From NCBI GenBank assembly GCA_030615855.1, contig JAUWYL010000002.1, positions 1,526 through 65,525 of the forward strand: a stretch of 64,000 nt of DNA. The letters are read 5' to 3'. Each line of letters begins with the position of its first letter. Positions within the stretch are counted from its first letter, which is position 1. The notes below the pieces were generated by a model. It searched no databases. It was not told the origin of the DNA and worked only from the letters and a program-made list of their open reading frames with translations. The stretch comes from a bacterium. Its GTDB lineage: Bacteria > UBP18 > UBA7526. Shown here in pieces: positions 27,690-36,466 of the stretch. The translations under genes were made by a program, and so were the position numbers.

Positions 27690-28000
27690 AATTTGAAACA
27701 AACGCATTAAATTTCTAATGTCTAATATCCAATTTCCAACAAGTTAAAAAGCATACCAGGATAGACGCCAGACAAGCTGGCTAAATTCTTCGCGATGCTC
27801 TGAATGCAGCAAATCAGTAGGCAGAATATCAGGATATCAGAACATCAGAAAATTTTTCTTTAGAGCCTAATACTCTGGTCTTCTGATACCCTTTCTACTG
27901 ATACCCTGATTCTCTGATCCGCTTATTTCCTTTTGGGGTATTAGGCATTGAGAATTTTATTGGAAATTAGGAATTGGAAATTAAGTCCAGTAGGATTTAG
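27690..28000. repeat. Nested repeat cassette (outer AATTTCCAA/TTGGAAATT, inner ATCAG/CTGAT)
   Basis: aatttctaatgtctaatatccaatttccaa ... atcaggatatcagaacatcaga ... tctgatac..ctgatac..ctgat..ctgat ... ttggaaattaggaattggaaatt. Confidence 0.75.
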
Positions 28001-28003
28001 TAA

Positions 28004-29245
28004 TTAAACCTCTTCCCACCTTTCGATTAAGTAGGACTTCTCCTTCTCAAAGGCCTTGGCTTGGGCCTCAACCACCCTCTCCGCCTCCTTACTGCTCATC
28101 CTCAAGGTCTCCTGAGCAAAGGAGCCGGTCTTGGCAAAGTAGAGAGGAGCAAAAAGGCCCAAAACATCCTCTGGGGAGATCTCTTTCTGATGATAAGCAA
28201 CGGCAAAGTCATAGACAATCCTCGCCCAGAGATCGAGAGGGAACTTAAAGTTTATTATCTCTTTGGTATGGGCCAGCTCCCGTACCGCCCGGAAGTTATC
28301 CTCAGGCATGATCTCTCTCCAGATGTCATGACAGTCGGAGTAGTGATGAGCAAGCTGGCCGATCATCCCCTCCACATCTACTAAAAGCGCCTCGGGTTCC
28401 ACAATCTGGCGATGATCGTAGATCCTCACTGGTTTAGAGCCCTTTACTTGCATCCAGTTATATTCATACTTCTCCATCAGTTTGAATAATGTTCCTACCA
28501 CTTCCCGAAACATAGGACCCAACTTTAGAGAAGGCTCTTTGGGATTGTGAATCTTTGTTCCTAATGCTACCTGGCATATCCTATATCCCTTATTTATGGC
28601 CTCAGTGGTCATCCAGCTATCGATGCCGAAGCGAGCCACATCCCCCATCCAGACATCCTCTATCAGGTAGGCCTTGGCTAAGTCGCCAGAGAGGGCGAAG
28701 TCCCCACCCATGGGCTGTCTGATCCTCAGGCCATATAAGGCCCTGGTTAAGGGATAGGTGATGTTATTGGATATCGTTCCGTCGTATTTATGGCGAAGAT
28801 AGTAAGGAGTAACATAGTCATACTTCCCGCTTAAAACGGGATGGACCATGAGCTTTATCCAGAGGGGGGTGATGCTTCTTAAATCAGAATCCAAGGTTAG
28901 AACGACCTTTGCTCCTAATATCTTGCTTGCTTCGAAGACAGATCTGAAGGCGGTCCCCTTTCCTGGAAGGCCCCTATAGATGAAGACCATCTTATCCACT
29001 CCCTTGGGAACTGGGGCAGCGATGATGATCTCCCGGGTATCGTCTAAGGAGCCACCGTCAGAGACCAGGATGACCTTCTTATACTTAGGGAAATACTTGG
29101 CCAATCCTTCTGCTGCCTGCTGGATGACATAGCCGATGGTATCCTCATCATAGTAACAGGGAATACCGACCACGATGTCTGCTCTCTTTATCTTGGTGCG
29201 CAGCCTATGCCTGGTCTCATTGCGTAGAGCCACTTTATATCGCAC
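28004..29245 (-). CDS. Single-step glucosylglycerate/mannosylglycerate synthase-like glycosyltransferase
   Basis: ADIVVGIP, SDGGSLDDT, PGKGTAFR, DSDLRSITP, RHKYDGTI, RQPMGGDFALS, RFGIDSW, GTKIH. Confidence 0.78.
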   Translation of the reverse strand: MRYKVALRNETRHRLRTKIKRADIVVGIPCYYDEDTIGYVIQQAAEGLAKYFPKYKKVILVSDGGSLDDTREIIIAAPVPKGVDKMVFIYRGLPGKGTAFRSVFEASKILGAKVVLTLDSDLRSITPLWIKLMVHPVLSGKYDYVTPYYLRHKYDGTISNNITYPLTRALYGLRIRQPMGGDFALSGDLAKAYLIEDVWMGDVARFGIDSWMTTEAINKGYRICQVALGTKIHNPKEPSLKLGPMFREVVGTLFKLMEKYEYNWMQVKGSKPVRIYDHRQIVEPEALLVDVEGMIGQLAHHYSDCHDIWREIMPEDNFRAVRELAHTKEIINFKFPLDLWARIVYDFAVAYHQKEISPEDVLGLFAPLYFAKTGSFAQETLRMSSKEAERVVEAQAKAFEKEKSYLIERWEEV

Positions 29246-29265
29246 GCTTCCCTCCTTTACAGAAA

Positions 29266-29387
29266 TGTTTACCGTTTACCAGTCCCGACAGCTGTCGGGA
29301 CTGTTTACCGTTTACGGTAAAAGATCGTACACCGTAAACCGTTTCAGCCAAAGGCTGATCCGCCTATGGCGGAAACCGTAAACCTTT
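29266..29387. repeat. GTTTAC/GTAAAC heptamer cassette with hairpins
   Basis: gtttaccgtttacc-GTCCCGACAGCTGTCGGGAC-gtttaccgtttacggt...accgtaaaccg-TCAGCCAAAGGCTGA-TCCGCCTATGGCGGA-accgtaaacc. Confidence 0.8.
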
Positions 29388-30800
29388 TTAGATGCTGAAA
29401 GCCAACTCCTTTCCCGCTTCCATAATCTTTTCTAACTTTCCTTCTTCGTCTGATTCAGCATAGATTCTAATGATGGGTTCTGTCCCCGAGGTGCGAAACA
29501 AGAGCCAGCTGTTATCCTTTAAAATAAACTTTATTCCGTCTAAAGCGTCTATCTGCCTTACTTCAATATCTGCCAATTCTTTTGGTGGATTTTTCTTTAA
29601 GGTAGAAATCAAGATGTCTCTTTTATCCAGAGGATACTCGCTATCGATCCTTTTATAGAGATAGGTGCCGAACTCTTTTGCCATCTCCTCTTGAATCTGA
29701 GCCAATGGTTTCTTCTTTAAGGCTAACATCTCGAGAAGTAACAGGCCAGATAAGAGGCCATCTCTATCCGGGACATGATTCTTAACCCCGATTCCTCCCG
29801 ACTCCTCTCCTCCGATCAGGATATCCTCTTCCAGCATTAATTCACAGATATATTTAAATCCTACCGGGGTCTTATAGATTTCTCTCTTATGTTTTTCGGC
29901 TATCTTATTTAGCAGAGAGGTAGTGGATATGGTCTTCACTATCCCTCCCGACCATCCCCTGCTCTCAATCAAATGAAGAGTAAGTAGAGAAAGAACCTGA
30001 TGGGGATTGACAAAGTTGCCTTCACTATCCATGACTCCTAACCGATCCCCATCCCCATCTGTGGCCAGTCCTAAATCTGCCTTCTCTTCCTTTATCTTAT
30101 CTATTAAGGCGCCTAAGTTCTGAGCAATGGGCTCGGGGTTCACTCCCCTGAAAGAGGGGTTCTCCTCGCCCCGAATAGTGATGACCTGACACTTCCCTTC
30201 TTTTAAGACCTGGGCAGTATAATCCTTTCCTGCACCATACATGGAATCAACAATCACTTTAAGCGACGCTTCTTTTATTAATTCCAAATTGACGAAGGAT
30301 TTCAGAAACTGGAGATAGGGCGGAGTAAAATCTATGGTCTGGATAAGTCCTTTCTTCTCTCCTTCCTCAAAATCCATCTCTTGCGGTTTATTCTTATACA
30401 AGAAACTCTCGATCTTCTTAGTTGTTGTATCATCTGCGCTTCCCGCATACTCTCCTTTGAACTTTATTCCATTATATTGAAAGGGGTTATGGCTGGCAGT
30501 AATCATTATCCCCCCAGCAGCCTTCCTTTCCTTTATGGCGAAGCAGACACAGGGAACGGGCTGAATCCTATCGCTTAAGATAACCCTTATTCCATTCCCG
30601 GCTAGGACAGAGGCTACAAGATGGGCATACTCCTTAGAGAGAAAACGAGCATCATATCCTATGACGATCTCCCTTTCTCCGATCTTCTCTCCTTTAAGAT
30701 AATCTGCCATGGCCTGAGAAACGATCTTAACATTCTCAAAGGTGAAATCCTCTGAGATCACCCCCCTCCAGCCATCAGTACCAAACTTTATTTTTCCCAT
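29388..30800 (-). CDS. Phosphoglucomutase/phosphomannomutase
   Basis: FGTDGWRG, TASHNP (active Ser), DGDGDR, GEESGG, RTSGTEP. Confidence 0.95.
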   Translation of the reverse strand: MGKIKFGTDGWRGVISEDFTFENVKIVSQAMADYLKGEKIGEREIVIGYDARFLSKEYAHLVASVLAGNGIRVILSDRIQPVPCVCFAIKERKAAGGIMITASHNPFQYNGIKFKGEYAGSADDTTTKKIESFLYKNKPQEMDFEEGEKKGLIQTIDFTPPYLQFLKSFVNLELIKEASLKVIVDSMYGAGKDYTAQVLKEGKCQVITIRGEENPSFRGVNPEPIAQNLGALIDKIKEEKADLGLATDGDGDRLGVMDSEGNFVNPHQVLSLLTLHLIESRGWSGGIVKTISTTSLLNKIAEKHKREIYKTPVGFKYICELMLEEDILIGGEESGGIGVKNHVPDRDGLLSGLLLLEMLALKKKPLAQIQEEMAKEFGTYLYKRIDSEYPLDKRDILISTLKKNPPKELADIEVRQIDALDGIKFILKDNSWLLFRTSGTEPIIRIYAESDEEGKLEKIMEAGKELAFSI

Positions 30801-30894
30801 CGTTTACCGTTTACCTGCTCCCCTGATTCATCGGGGTCGCTGTTTACCGTTTACGGTAAAAATACCGTACACCGTAAACCGTTAACCGTAAATC
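30801..30894. repeat. GTTTAC/GTAAAC heptamer cassette
   Basis: gtttaccgtttacc-[cccctgattcatcgggg]-gtttaccgtttacggt...accgtacaccgtaaaccgttaaccgtaaa. Confidence 0.8.
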
Positions 30895-31974
30895 TTATTC
30901 TGTGTATTTCTTTAGTTTTGGATTCTTGCCGAGTTTATGGACCAGTTCCTTTACTTCCTGGGCCCTATCTTTAGGGCAGATTAAGGTAGCATCTTCTGTT
31001 GAGATGATGATTAAATCTTTTATACCGATTGTTCCCACCATTCCTTTGCCACAGAGAATAATGGAATCTCTGGTATCTAAAGAAGAAACTTCTCCCTTGG
31101 TAATATTCCCTTCCTTATCTTTAGGCAGGATCCTTTCCAGGGCCTGCCAGTTCCCCACATCGTCCCAGAGATAATCTGCCTTCACCACCAGAGTATTCTT
31201 CGCCTTTTCCATTATACCATAATCTATGGATACTTTGTCCAATTTCTTATAGACTCTCTCAATTACTTTCTTCTCTTTTGAGGTGCCCAAGGCTTTTTGA
31301 ATTTCTAAAAGGCCTCTGTATAGTTTGGGCATATATTTCCTCATCGCTTCCAAAATGACAGAGGTTCTCCAGATAAACATCCCGCTATTCCAGAGGTACT
31401 TGCCACTCTTCATAAACTTCAATGCTTTTTTCCTATCTGGCTTTTCCGTAAACCTCCTCACTCTATGTACTAACCGTAAACCGTAAACCGTGAACCGTAA
31501 ACCCATCTCTATATACCCATATCCCGTCTCTGGCCTAGTGGGCATGATTCCCATGGTTACTAAACTATCTGTATCCTGGGCAGTCTTAATAGCCACTTTT
31601 AAGATCTTCAAAAACTTCCTCGGTTCACCAATGACATGATCTGCGGGTAAGACAACCATAACGCTATCTGGGTTTTCATTCTCTACTAATATCGCCCCCA
31701 GGCCAACCGCTGCTGCCGTATCTCGACCAAAGGGTTCAAAAACAATGTTCTTAGTTGGAATTTTGGGAATTTCGTTCTCGATTCTTGGCCCTAATCCCTT
31801 TCGAGCAATAATCAGAATATTCCTTGATTTAACCAAAGGACTTATTCTTTTTACCGTTTCATAGATCATGCTCCTCTTAGAAGCGATGGGCAAAAGCTGC
31901 TTCGGTGTTTTAATCCTTGACTTGGGCCAGAACCTTTCTCCCCTCCCCCCAGCAATAATGACTGCTTTAACCAT
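30895..31974 (-). CDS. manC: Mannose-1-phosphate guanylyltransferase
   Basis: AGGRGERFWPKSR, PKQLL, EPFGRDTA, PADH, ETGYGYIE, FTEKP, WNSGMF, SIDYGIME, WDDVG; in-frame repeat insert. Confidence 0.94.
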   Translation of the reverse strand: MVKAVIIAGGRGERFWPKSRIKTPKQLLPIASKRSMIYETVKRISPLVKSRNILIIARKGLGPRIENEIPKIPTKNIVFEPFGRDTAAAVGLGAILVENENPDSVMVVLPADHVIGEPRKFLKILKVAIKTAQDTDSLVTMGIMPTRPETGYGYIEMGLRFTVYGLRLVHRVRRFTEKPDRKKALKFMKSGKYLWNSGMFIWRTSVILEAMRKYMPKLYRGLLEIQKALGTSKEKKVIERVYKKLDKVSIDYGIMEKAKNTLVVKADYLWDDVGNWQALERILPKDKEGNITKGEVSSLDTRDSIILCGKGMVGTIGIKDLIIISTEDATLICPKDRAQEVKELVHKLGKNPKLKKYTE

Positions 31975-31976
31975 GC

Positions 31977-32090
31977 CACCCTCACTTCGTTCGGAAGTTT
32001 ACAGTTTACCCGCCCTTCGGGCTGTTTACCGTTAACCGTAAACCTTCTTTTACCACCGTAAACCGTACACCGTTAACCGTAAACCCCCTG
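31977..32090. repeat. GTTTAC/GTAAAC heptamer cassette
   Basis: CTCACTTCGTTCGG-gtttacagtttacc-[gcccttcgggc]-gtttaccgttaaccgtaaacc...accgtaaaccgtacaccgttaaccgtaaacc. Confidence 0.8.
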
Positions 32091-32095
32091 TTACA

Positions 32096-32470
32096 TTAGC
32101 TGCGCGAAATCAGGTATACCCCAAAACAAATCACCAAAGCCCCTATCCATCTGATGGGACTAACTAGCTCTCGGGTAACGATTATTCCCCAGCGGGAAGC
32201 TAAAAGGACCAGGATATAGCCTGCGGCCACCATGGGATAGACCTTGCTTATGTCCAATCTTGATAAGACCGCCAACCATAGAAAGGCACTTAAAACGAAG
32301 GAGGCAAATCCAAAGATAACATACCAGTTACCGAAGACCTTAAGGAAGGTAGACCAGAGATGGGAGAAATGAAAATAGACAATCCCTACCGTCCACATCC
32401 CCTTCTTCAGTAATAACTGCCCCACCACCGCTAAGAATATTGAAATGAAAAGTAAAAGAAAAGCACTCAT
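32096..32470 (-). CDS. Small EamA/SMR-type membrane protein (ArnE/F-like flippase subunit)
   Basis: 124 aa, four TM helices, VGQLLLKKG, WLAVLSRLDISKVYP, RWIGALVICFGV. Confidence 0.78.
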   Translation of the reverse strand: MSAFLLLFISIFLAVVGQLLLKKGMWTVGIVYFHFSHLWSTFLKVFGNWYVIFGFASFVLSAFLWLAVLSRLDISKVYPMVAAGYILVLLASRWGIIVTRELVSPIRWIGALVICFGVYLISRS

Positions 32471-32483
32471 GATATTCTCCTTT

Positions 32484-33296
32484 CTAAGGTTTAATTTCGG
32501 ATAAGTAGGCTTTTACTGGGCCAATGGACGTTCTGGCCTTTATCAGAAGCGGAATCTTTCTTTTATCAGCAGTAAACCAAACAATTGCTCCTTCTTTCTT
32601 AGGACTTCCATTCTGTATAATAGTCGGCTGAACTTTCCAGGCAAGGAATTTCCCGGCCTGGGTTTTAATCTTTTCTTTTCCTGAAATTTTCACTTTTATC
32701 TGATAGTTGTCTTTATGGTTATTAACATCGATGTCAATAACCTCTCCTTCCTTAAACTCTTGTGCTCTAAGATAGTAAAGGGCAGAGAGGGCATCCTGAA
32801 CATCGGCAGGAATCTTCACCTTGTAGGTTCTATTCTTTGTTTTGACGGTATACTCTGCAATATGTTTCTTCTGATCGTAAATAGTTTCTTTCTCCATAAG
32901 ATGTCGCCCTTCCCTTAAATGCTCCACAAAACGAAGGCTGTGGAGTCTACGGGCATCAAAATAGGATTCTATACAATCCTCCACTTTATAGAAGAAGGAA
33001 AGGAAGGGTAAAGATTTTATTTCCACCGTAACGTAGTAAGCCTCTCGCCCTAGATAGGACCACTCCCTCACTTGCGAAGTAGCAGTTGCTAAGGGAATGA
33101 TCCCTAAATACTTAAGAGTAAAGGTGAGTTCCTCTTCGTCTTGAAATGCCTTAGTAATCGGTTGCCGGATTTTTACCTGAGTCCCAATGGGCTTTACCTC
33201 AATGGGAGGAAGGGGTTCCTTTTTAGCACATCCTCCCATCATCAATCCCATCACCAATCCCAGAAAAACCACCGTTACTTTTTTGTTCATAATCAT
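32484..33296 (-). CDS. Lipoprotein, DUF3108-like
   Basis: Lipobox MGGC; EELTFTLKYLG, QDALSALYYLR, VWFTADKRKIPL pattern. Confidence 0.7.
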   Translation of the reverse strand: MIMNKKVTVVFLGLVMGLMMGGCAKKEPLPPIEVKPIGTQVKIRQPITKAFQDEEELTFTLKYLGIIPLATATSQVREWSYLGREAYYVTVEIKSLPFLSFFYKVEDCIESYFDARRLHSLRFVEHLREGRHLMEKETIYDQKKHIAEYTVKTKNRTYKVKIPADVQDALSALYYLRAQEFKEGEVIDIDVNNHKDNYQIKVKISGKEKIKTQAGKFLAWKVQPTIIQNGSPKKEGAIVWFTADKRKIPLLIKARTSIGPVKAYLSEIKP

Positions 33297-33304
33297 ACCT
33301 CCTC

Positions 33305-33600
33305 AACACGGATTTTTTTGCTTTGCTTACTGCTTGAGTTTAAAAATACGGATTATTACTGATTAATTTGAATTTAAAAATCAAATATCAAAAATCAAGA
33401 TTACATACCATAGTCATATCAAAGATTAAATATAAAATATAAAAAGGACATACCAAAATTCAAAAATTTTAATTTTTGCATTGTCATTTTGATTTTTGAA
33501 CTTTCATTCATTTTACTATGTCATTTTGCATTTTGATTTTTGCATTTTGCATTCAGTCATTCGTGCCCATCCGTGTTGTTATCCGTGTCTATCCGTGTAG
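33305..33600. repeat. Nested repeat cassette (outer CACGGAT/ATCCGTG, inner TCAAAA/TTTTGA)
   Basis: acacggatt..gcttactgcttgagtt..acggatt, aaaatcaaatatcaaaaatcaa opposed by gtcattttgatttttga..gtcattttgcattttgatttttgcattttgca, then atccgtg x3. Confidence 0.78.
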
Positions 33601-34437
33601 TCAAAGTTTAACATCTATTAGATAAAGTGTGGCGGAGCCTACGTTAGTCCTGACCATCATCTTAACCGGTAACTTTTTTTCATCCGCGGTGAAGTAAATA
33701 ATGCCTTCTCCCTTTCTTTGCAGCTCATCTCTTTTATAGATACTAATCGGTTCTACTCTCCAGGCAAGGAAAGAGCCGGCCGGGGTTTTTATTCTCTCTT
33801 TTTCTAAGACCTTAAGTTTTACCTGGTAATTATTTCTTCGCTCATTGACATTTAAACTTAAGATTTTTCCCTCCCTAAACTCCAGGGTGCGAATGTAATA
33901 GAGACTGGATAATATATCCTGGGTATTGGGGAGGGTTCGCACCTTCTTTATTTCAGTCTTAACTAATCGGCCTTCTTTGTCATAGTTAGGTAGGGTAAAC
34001 TGAGCTAATCTATTCTTCTGATTATAATTTGTATGGCGGTCATAGATATGGCGGCCCATTACAGAATGTTCCTCAAAGCGATGGGTATATAGCCTTGGGG
34101 CGTCAAGATAGGATTTAACCACTCCTTCTGCCGGACAGAAGAAGGAGAAGAGCTTATTTGCTTTAAACTTAACCAACGGGGCGTACACCTCATAACCTTG
34201 ATAAACCATCTCTCTTAGCTCGATACTTATAGTGCCTATTGGGATAATCCGTAAGGCCTTAACGGCGAAAGTAAGTTTCTCCCCCCCTTTGAAAGCAGTA
34301 ATCTTCGGTTTGCTAATTGCCCTCTCTATTCCCACCTCAGGCGCTTTGGGAATAGGGATGGGCTCTCTTTTAGCGCACCCCCCGATTAGAACACCCACCA
34401 TCAATATTAAGGTAGAAAATAGTCTTTTTTTATTCAT
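33601..34437 (-). CDS. Lipoprotein, DUF3108-like (paralog of 32484..33296)
   Basis: Lipobox IGGC; GEKLTFAVK, QDILSSLYYIR, IYFTADEKKLPV. Confidence 0.7.
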   Translation of the reverse strand: MNKKRLFSTLILMVGVLIGGCAKREPIPIPKAPEVGIERAISKPKITAFKGGEKLTFAVKALRIIPIGTISIELREMVYQGYEVYAPLVKFKANKLFSFFCPAEGVVKSYLDAPRLYTHRFEEHSVMGRHIYDRHTNYNQKNRLAQFTLPNYDKEGRLVKTEIKKVRTLPNTQDILSSLYYIRTLEFREGKILSLNVNERRNNYQVKLKVLEKERIKTPAGSFLAWRVEPISIYKRDELQRKGEGIIYFTADEKKLPVKMMVRTNVGSATLYLIDVKL

Positions 34438-34479
34438 GCTTTCTCTCTTTAGTTAGTTTAACATAATCCAAACAGAAGG

Positions 34480-36444
34480 TCAATCTTCAATGGTAGGCTT
34501 AGTAGGCTCTGCTACTATTTTATAAACCCGGGTTTCCCTGCCCGCCATCGCCTGCGGCTCAGGCCGTTGGCGGGCAGGTTCAAAGGTCTTAATAAGTCTT
34601 AACCCCTTTTGCTTGCTAACATCTGGTACTTCACCAATCACTGGGACATCCTCACTCTTCAGATACTTATCAGGATGAAGAATGACATACTTTGCCCCTA
34701 AATACTTCAGGATGCCTGGGGTCTCTGGCTTTAAGATATCAACGATCTCCTTTCCCACTTTATCCGCATAAGTACCAGAAAGGGTACCGTTGACTAATCT
34801 CTTCTGATGGATCCTCTGCCAGAATAGATACTCATAATCGGTCTCTATGGGATATTCAACAATAGTAAAATCGCCTTTCTCTTTAGAGAGCCATTCATAA
34901 ACGGGAGGAGGATGGACTGCATTAACCATTGGTGCGGGTAGAGTAGGAGCGAATTCAATAAAAACGAGTACGAAAACTATAGAAAGAAAAATTCTTCTTT
35001 TCTTCATACTCCTTATCTTCTCTAAAATTGAAGCAAGGCCTATCCCTGCTAAAACACTTACACATAACATAACCACGATACCAAAGCGGGCATAGACCCG
35101 AAACATGGGTAGAACCTTATACATAAAATAAGAAGGAAAGAGAATGCGAAAAGGACCGATATCAGTCCAGGGAGAATGGGAAAATATCAAAGCCACAATC
35201 GCCGCAAAGAGAAAGAAGCTCACCCCCCGCTGGCACCGTGTAACGAGTAACGGGTCTACTTGTTTCCTTGTTAACTTATTAACTTGTTTACTTGTCAACT
35301 TGTTAACTTGTTTACTTGTCAACTTGTTAGCTAACTTTGACTTTCTTCGCCATTCTCGAACAGCAACAATAGAAAGCACAATTCCCACCCACCCAAGATA
35401 AAGAGTATGCTCTGTGGGATGACCACCATACAAAGGATTCTTAATAAATTTTTTAGTGAATTCTCCAAAGAAAGGATTATCCTGAGAAGGCAAGAGATAG
35501 CCTAATAGTCGGGCAGAGTTGCTGAAGAGATCCCGCATAGGACGGACATATCTTTCAGGAGTAGCAAATATATTTCGGAAAGAGTAATAAGCCGGAGGTA
35601 GAATAATGGCTGCTGCCACAACTACTGCCACTAAAATTACTTTAAAAGAATGAAAGCGTGTCCCCTTGTTAACTTGCTTGCCCTGTGATCCCGAAGGGAT
35701 TTTTCGAGGTCTACTTGTCAACTTATTAACTGGATAACTTGTCAACCCCCGTCCCCTGAAACCCTGCCATATCTGCCACGCTATAAATGCAGCAGTCAAT
35801 ACCAGTATAAAATATCCATATTGGTAGTCAGAGAAAGTATTTAAAGCAAAGAGTCCCCCGCAAAGAATAGCCCATTCATAACGCCTCTCTTCATCTAATT
35901 TAGAGAGGGCAAAAATATAGAGGGGCATCCATTGGATATTGGCCAAGGCTATATGCTGAGAGGCATGAACAAGGTGATAGGGACAAAAGGCGTAAACAAT
36001 ACCCGAAAAGAGACTGGCTAATTTATTCTTAGTAAAATAGTGGACTAAAAGATACATAGTTACTGAGGAAAGTAAAAAAGTAAGGAGGATAATAAAATTA
36101 TAGGCAAATATTTCGTTCACTAATATTGATAGCCACTTGCCCATAAAGTTTATTACTACCAACTGTAAAATATGACTATAATCTGCTCCAAAGGGAGAAG
36201 CTATGATAGGAATGAAACGAGGTGAAACATGATGTAAATAGGCATACTTGAGCCACCAAAAACCATGCACAGTACCTAAGGGGTCTCCCCCCGGGCCATA
36301 GAGATAGCTTCGCATTTTAAAAATAAGGGGATAAGTAACTATGAGACTTAAGAAGGTAAAGAAAGCAAAAATAAAGATTTCGGTTCGATGAAATCTAAGT
36401 TTGAGTAGTGGTTTTTTCATACCATTTTTCTCCATCGGAGACAA
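34480..36444 (-). CDS. Multi-pass membrane protein, GT-C/YfhO-like, with three in-frame repeat inserts
   Basis: GDP..W, FAYN, AFCPYH, FRVYARF, YLFWQRIHQKRLVNG, LKYLGAKYVILH pattern; start codon uncertain. Confidence 0.62.
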   Translation of the reverse strand: MSPMEKNGMKKPLLKLRFHRTEIFIFAFFTFLSLIVTYPLIFKMRSYLYGPGGDPLGTVHGFWWLKYAYLHHVSPRFIPIIASPFGADYSHILQLVVINFMGKWLSILVNEIFAYNFIILLTFLLSSVTMYLLVHYFTKNKLASLFSGIVYAFCPYHLVHASQHIALANIQWMPLYIFALSKLDEERRYEWAILCGGLFALNTFSDYQYGYFILVLTAAFIAWQIWQGFRGRGLTSYPVNKLTSRPRKIPSGSQGKQVNKGTRFHSFKVILVAVVVAAAIILPPAYYSFRNIFATPERYVRPMRDLFSNSARLLGYLLPSQDNPFFGEFTKKFIKNPLYGGHPTEHTLYLGWVGIVLSIVAVREWRRKSKLANKLTSKQVNKLTSKQVNKLTRKQVDPLLVTRCQRGVSFFLFAAIVALIFSHSPWTDIGPFRILFPSYFMYKVLPMFRVYARFGIVVMLCVSVLAGIGLASILEKIRSMKKRRIFLSIVFVLVFIEFAPTLPAPMVNAVHPPPVYEWLSKEKGDFTIVEYPIETDYEYLFWQRIHQKRLVNGTLSGTYADKVGKEIVDILKPETPGILKYLGAKYVILHPDKYLKSEDVPVIGEVPDVSKQKGLRLIKTFEPARQRPEPQAMAGRETRVYKIVAEPTKPTIED

Positions 36445-36466
36445 TCTTAGATTAAGGGGATACTAT

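Noticed and set aside
11346-33600. Tandem arrays as CRISPR repeats
   Set aside because: Units are 7-8 nt, contiguous, without unique spacers of constant length, and no cas genes are present.
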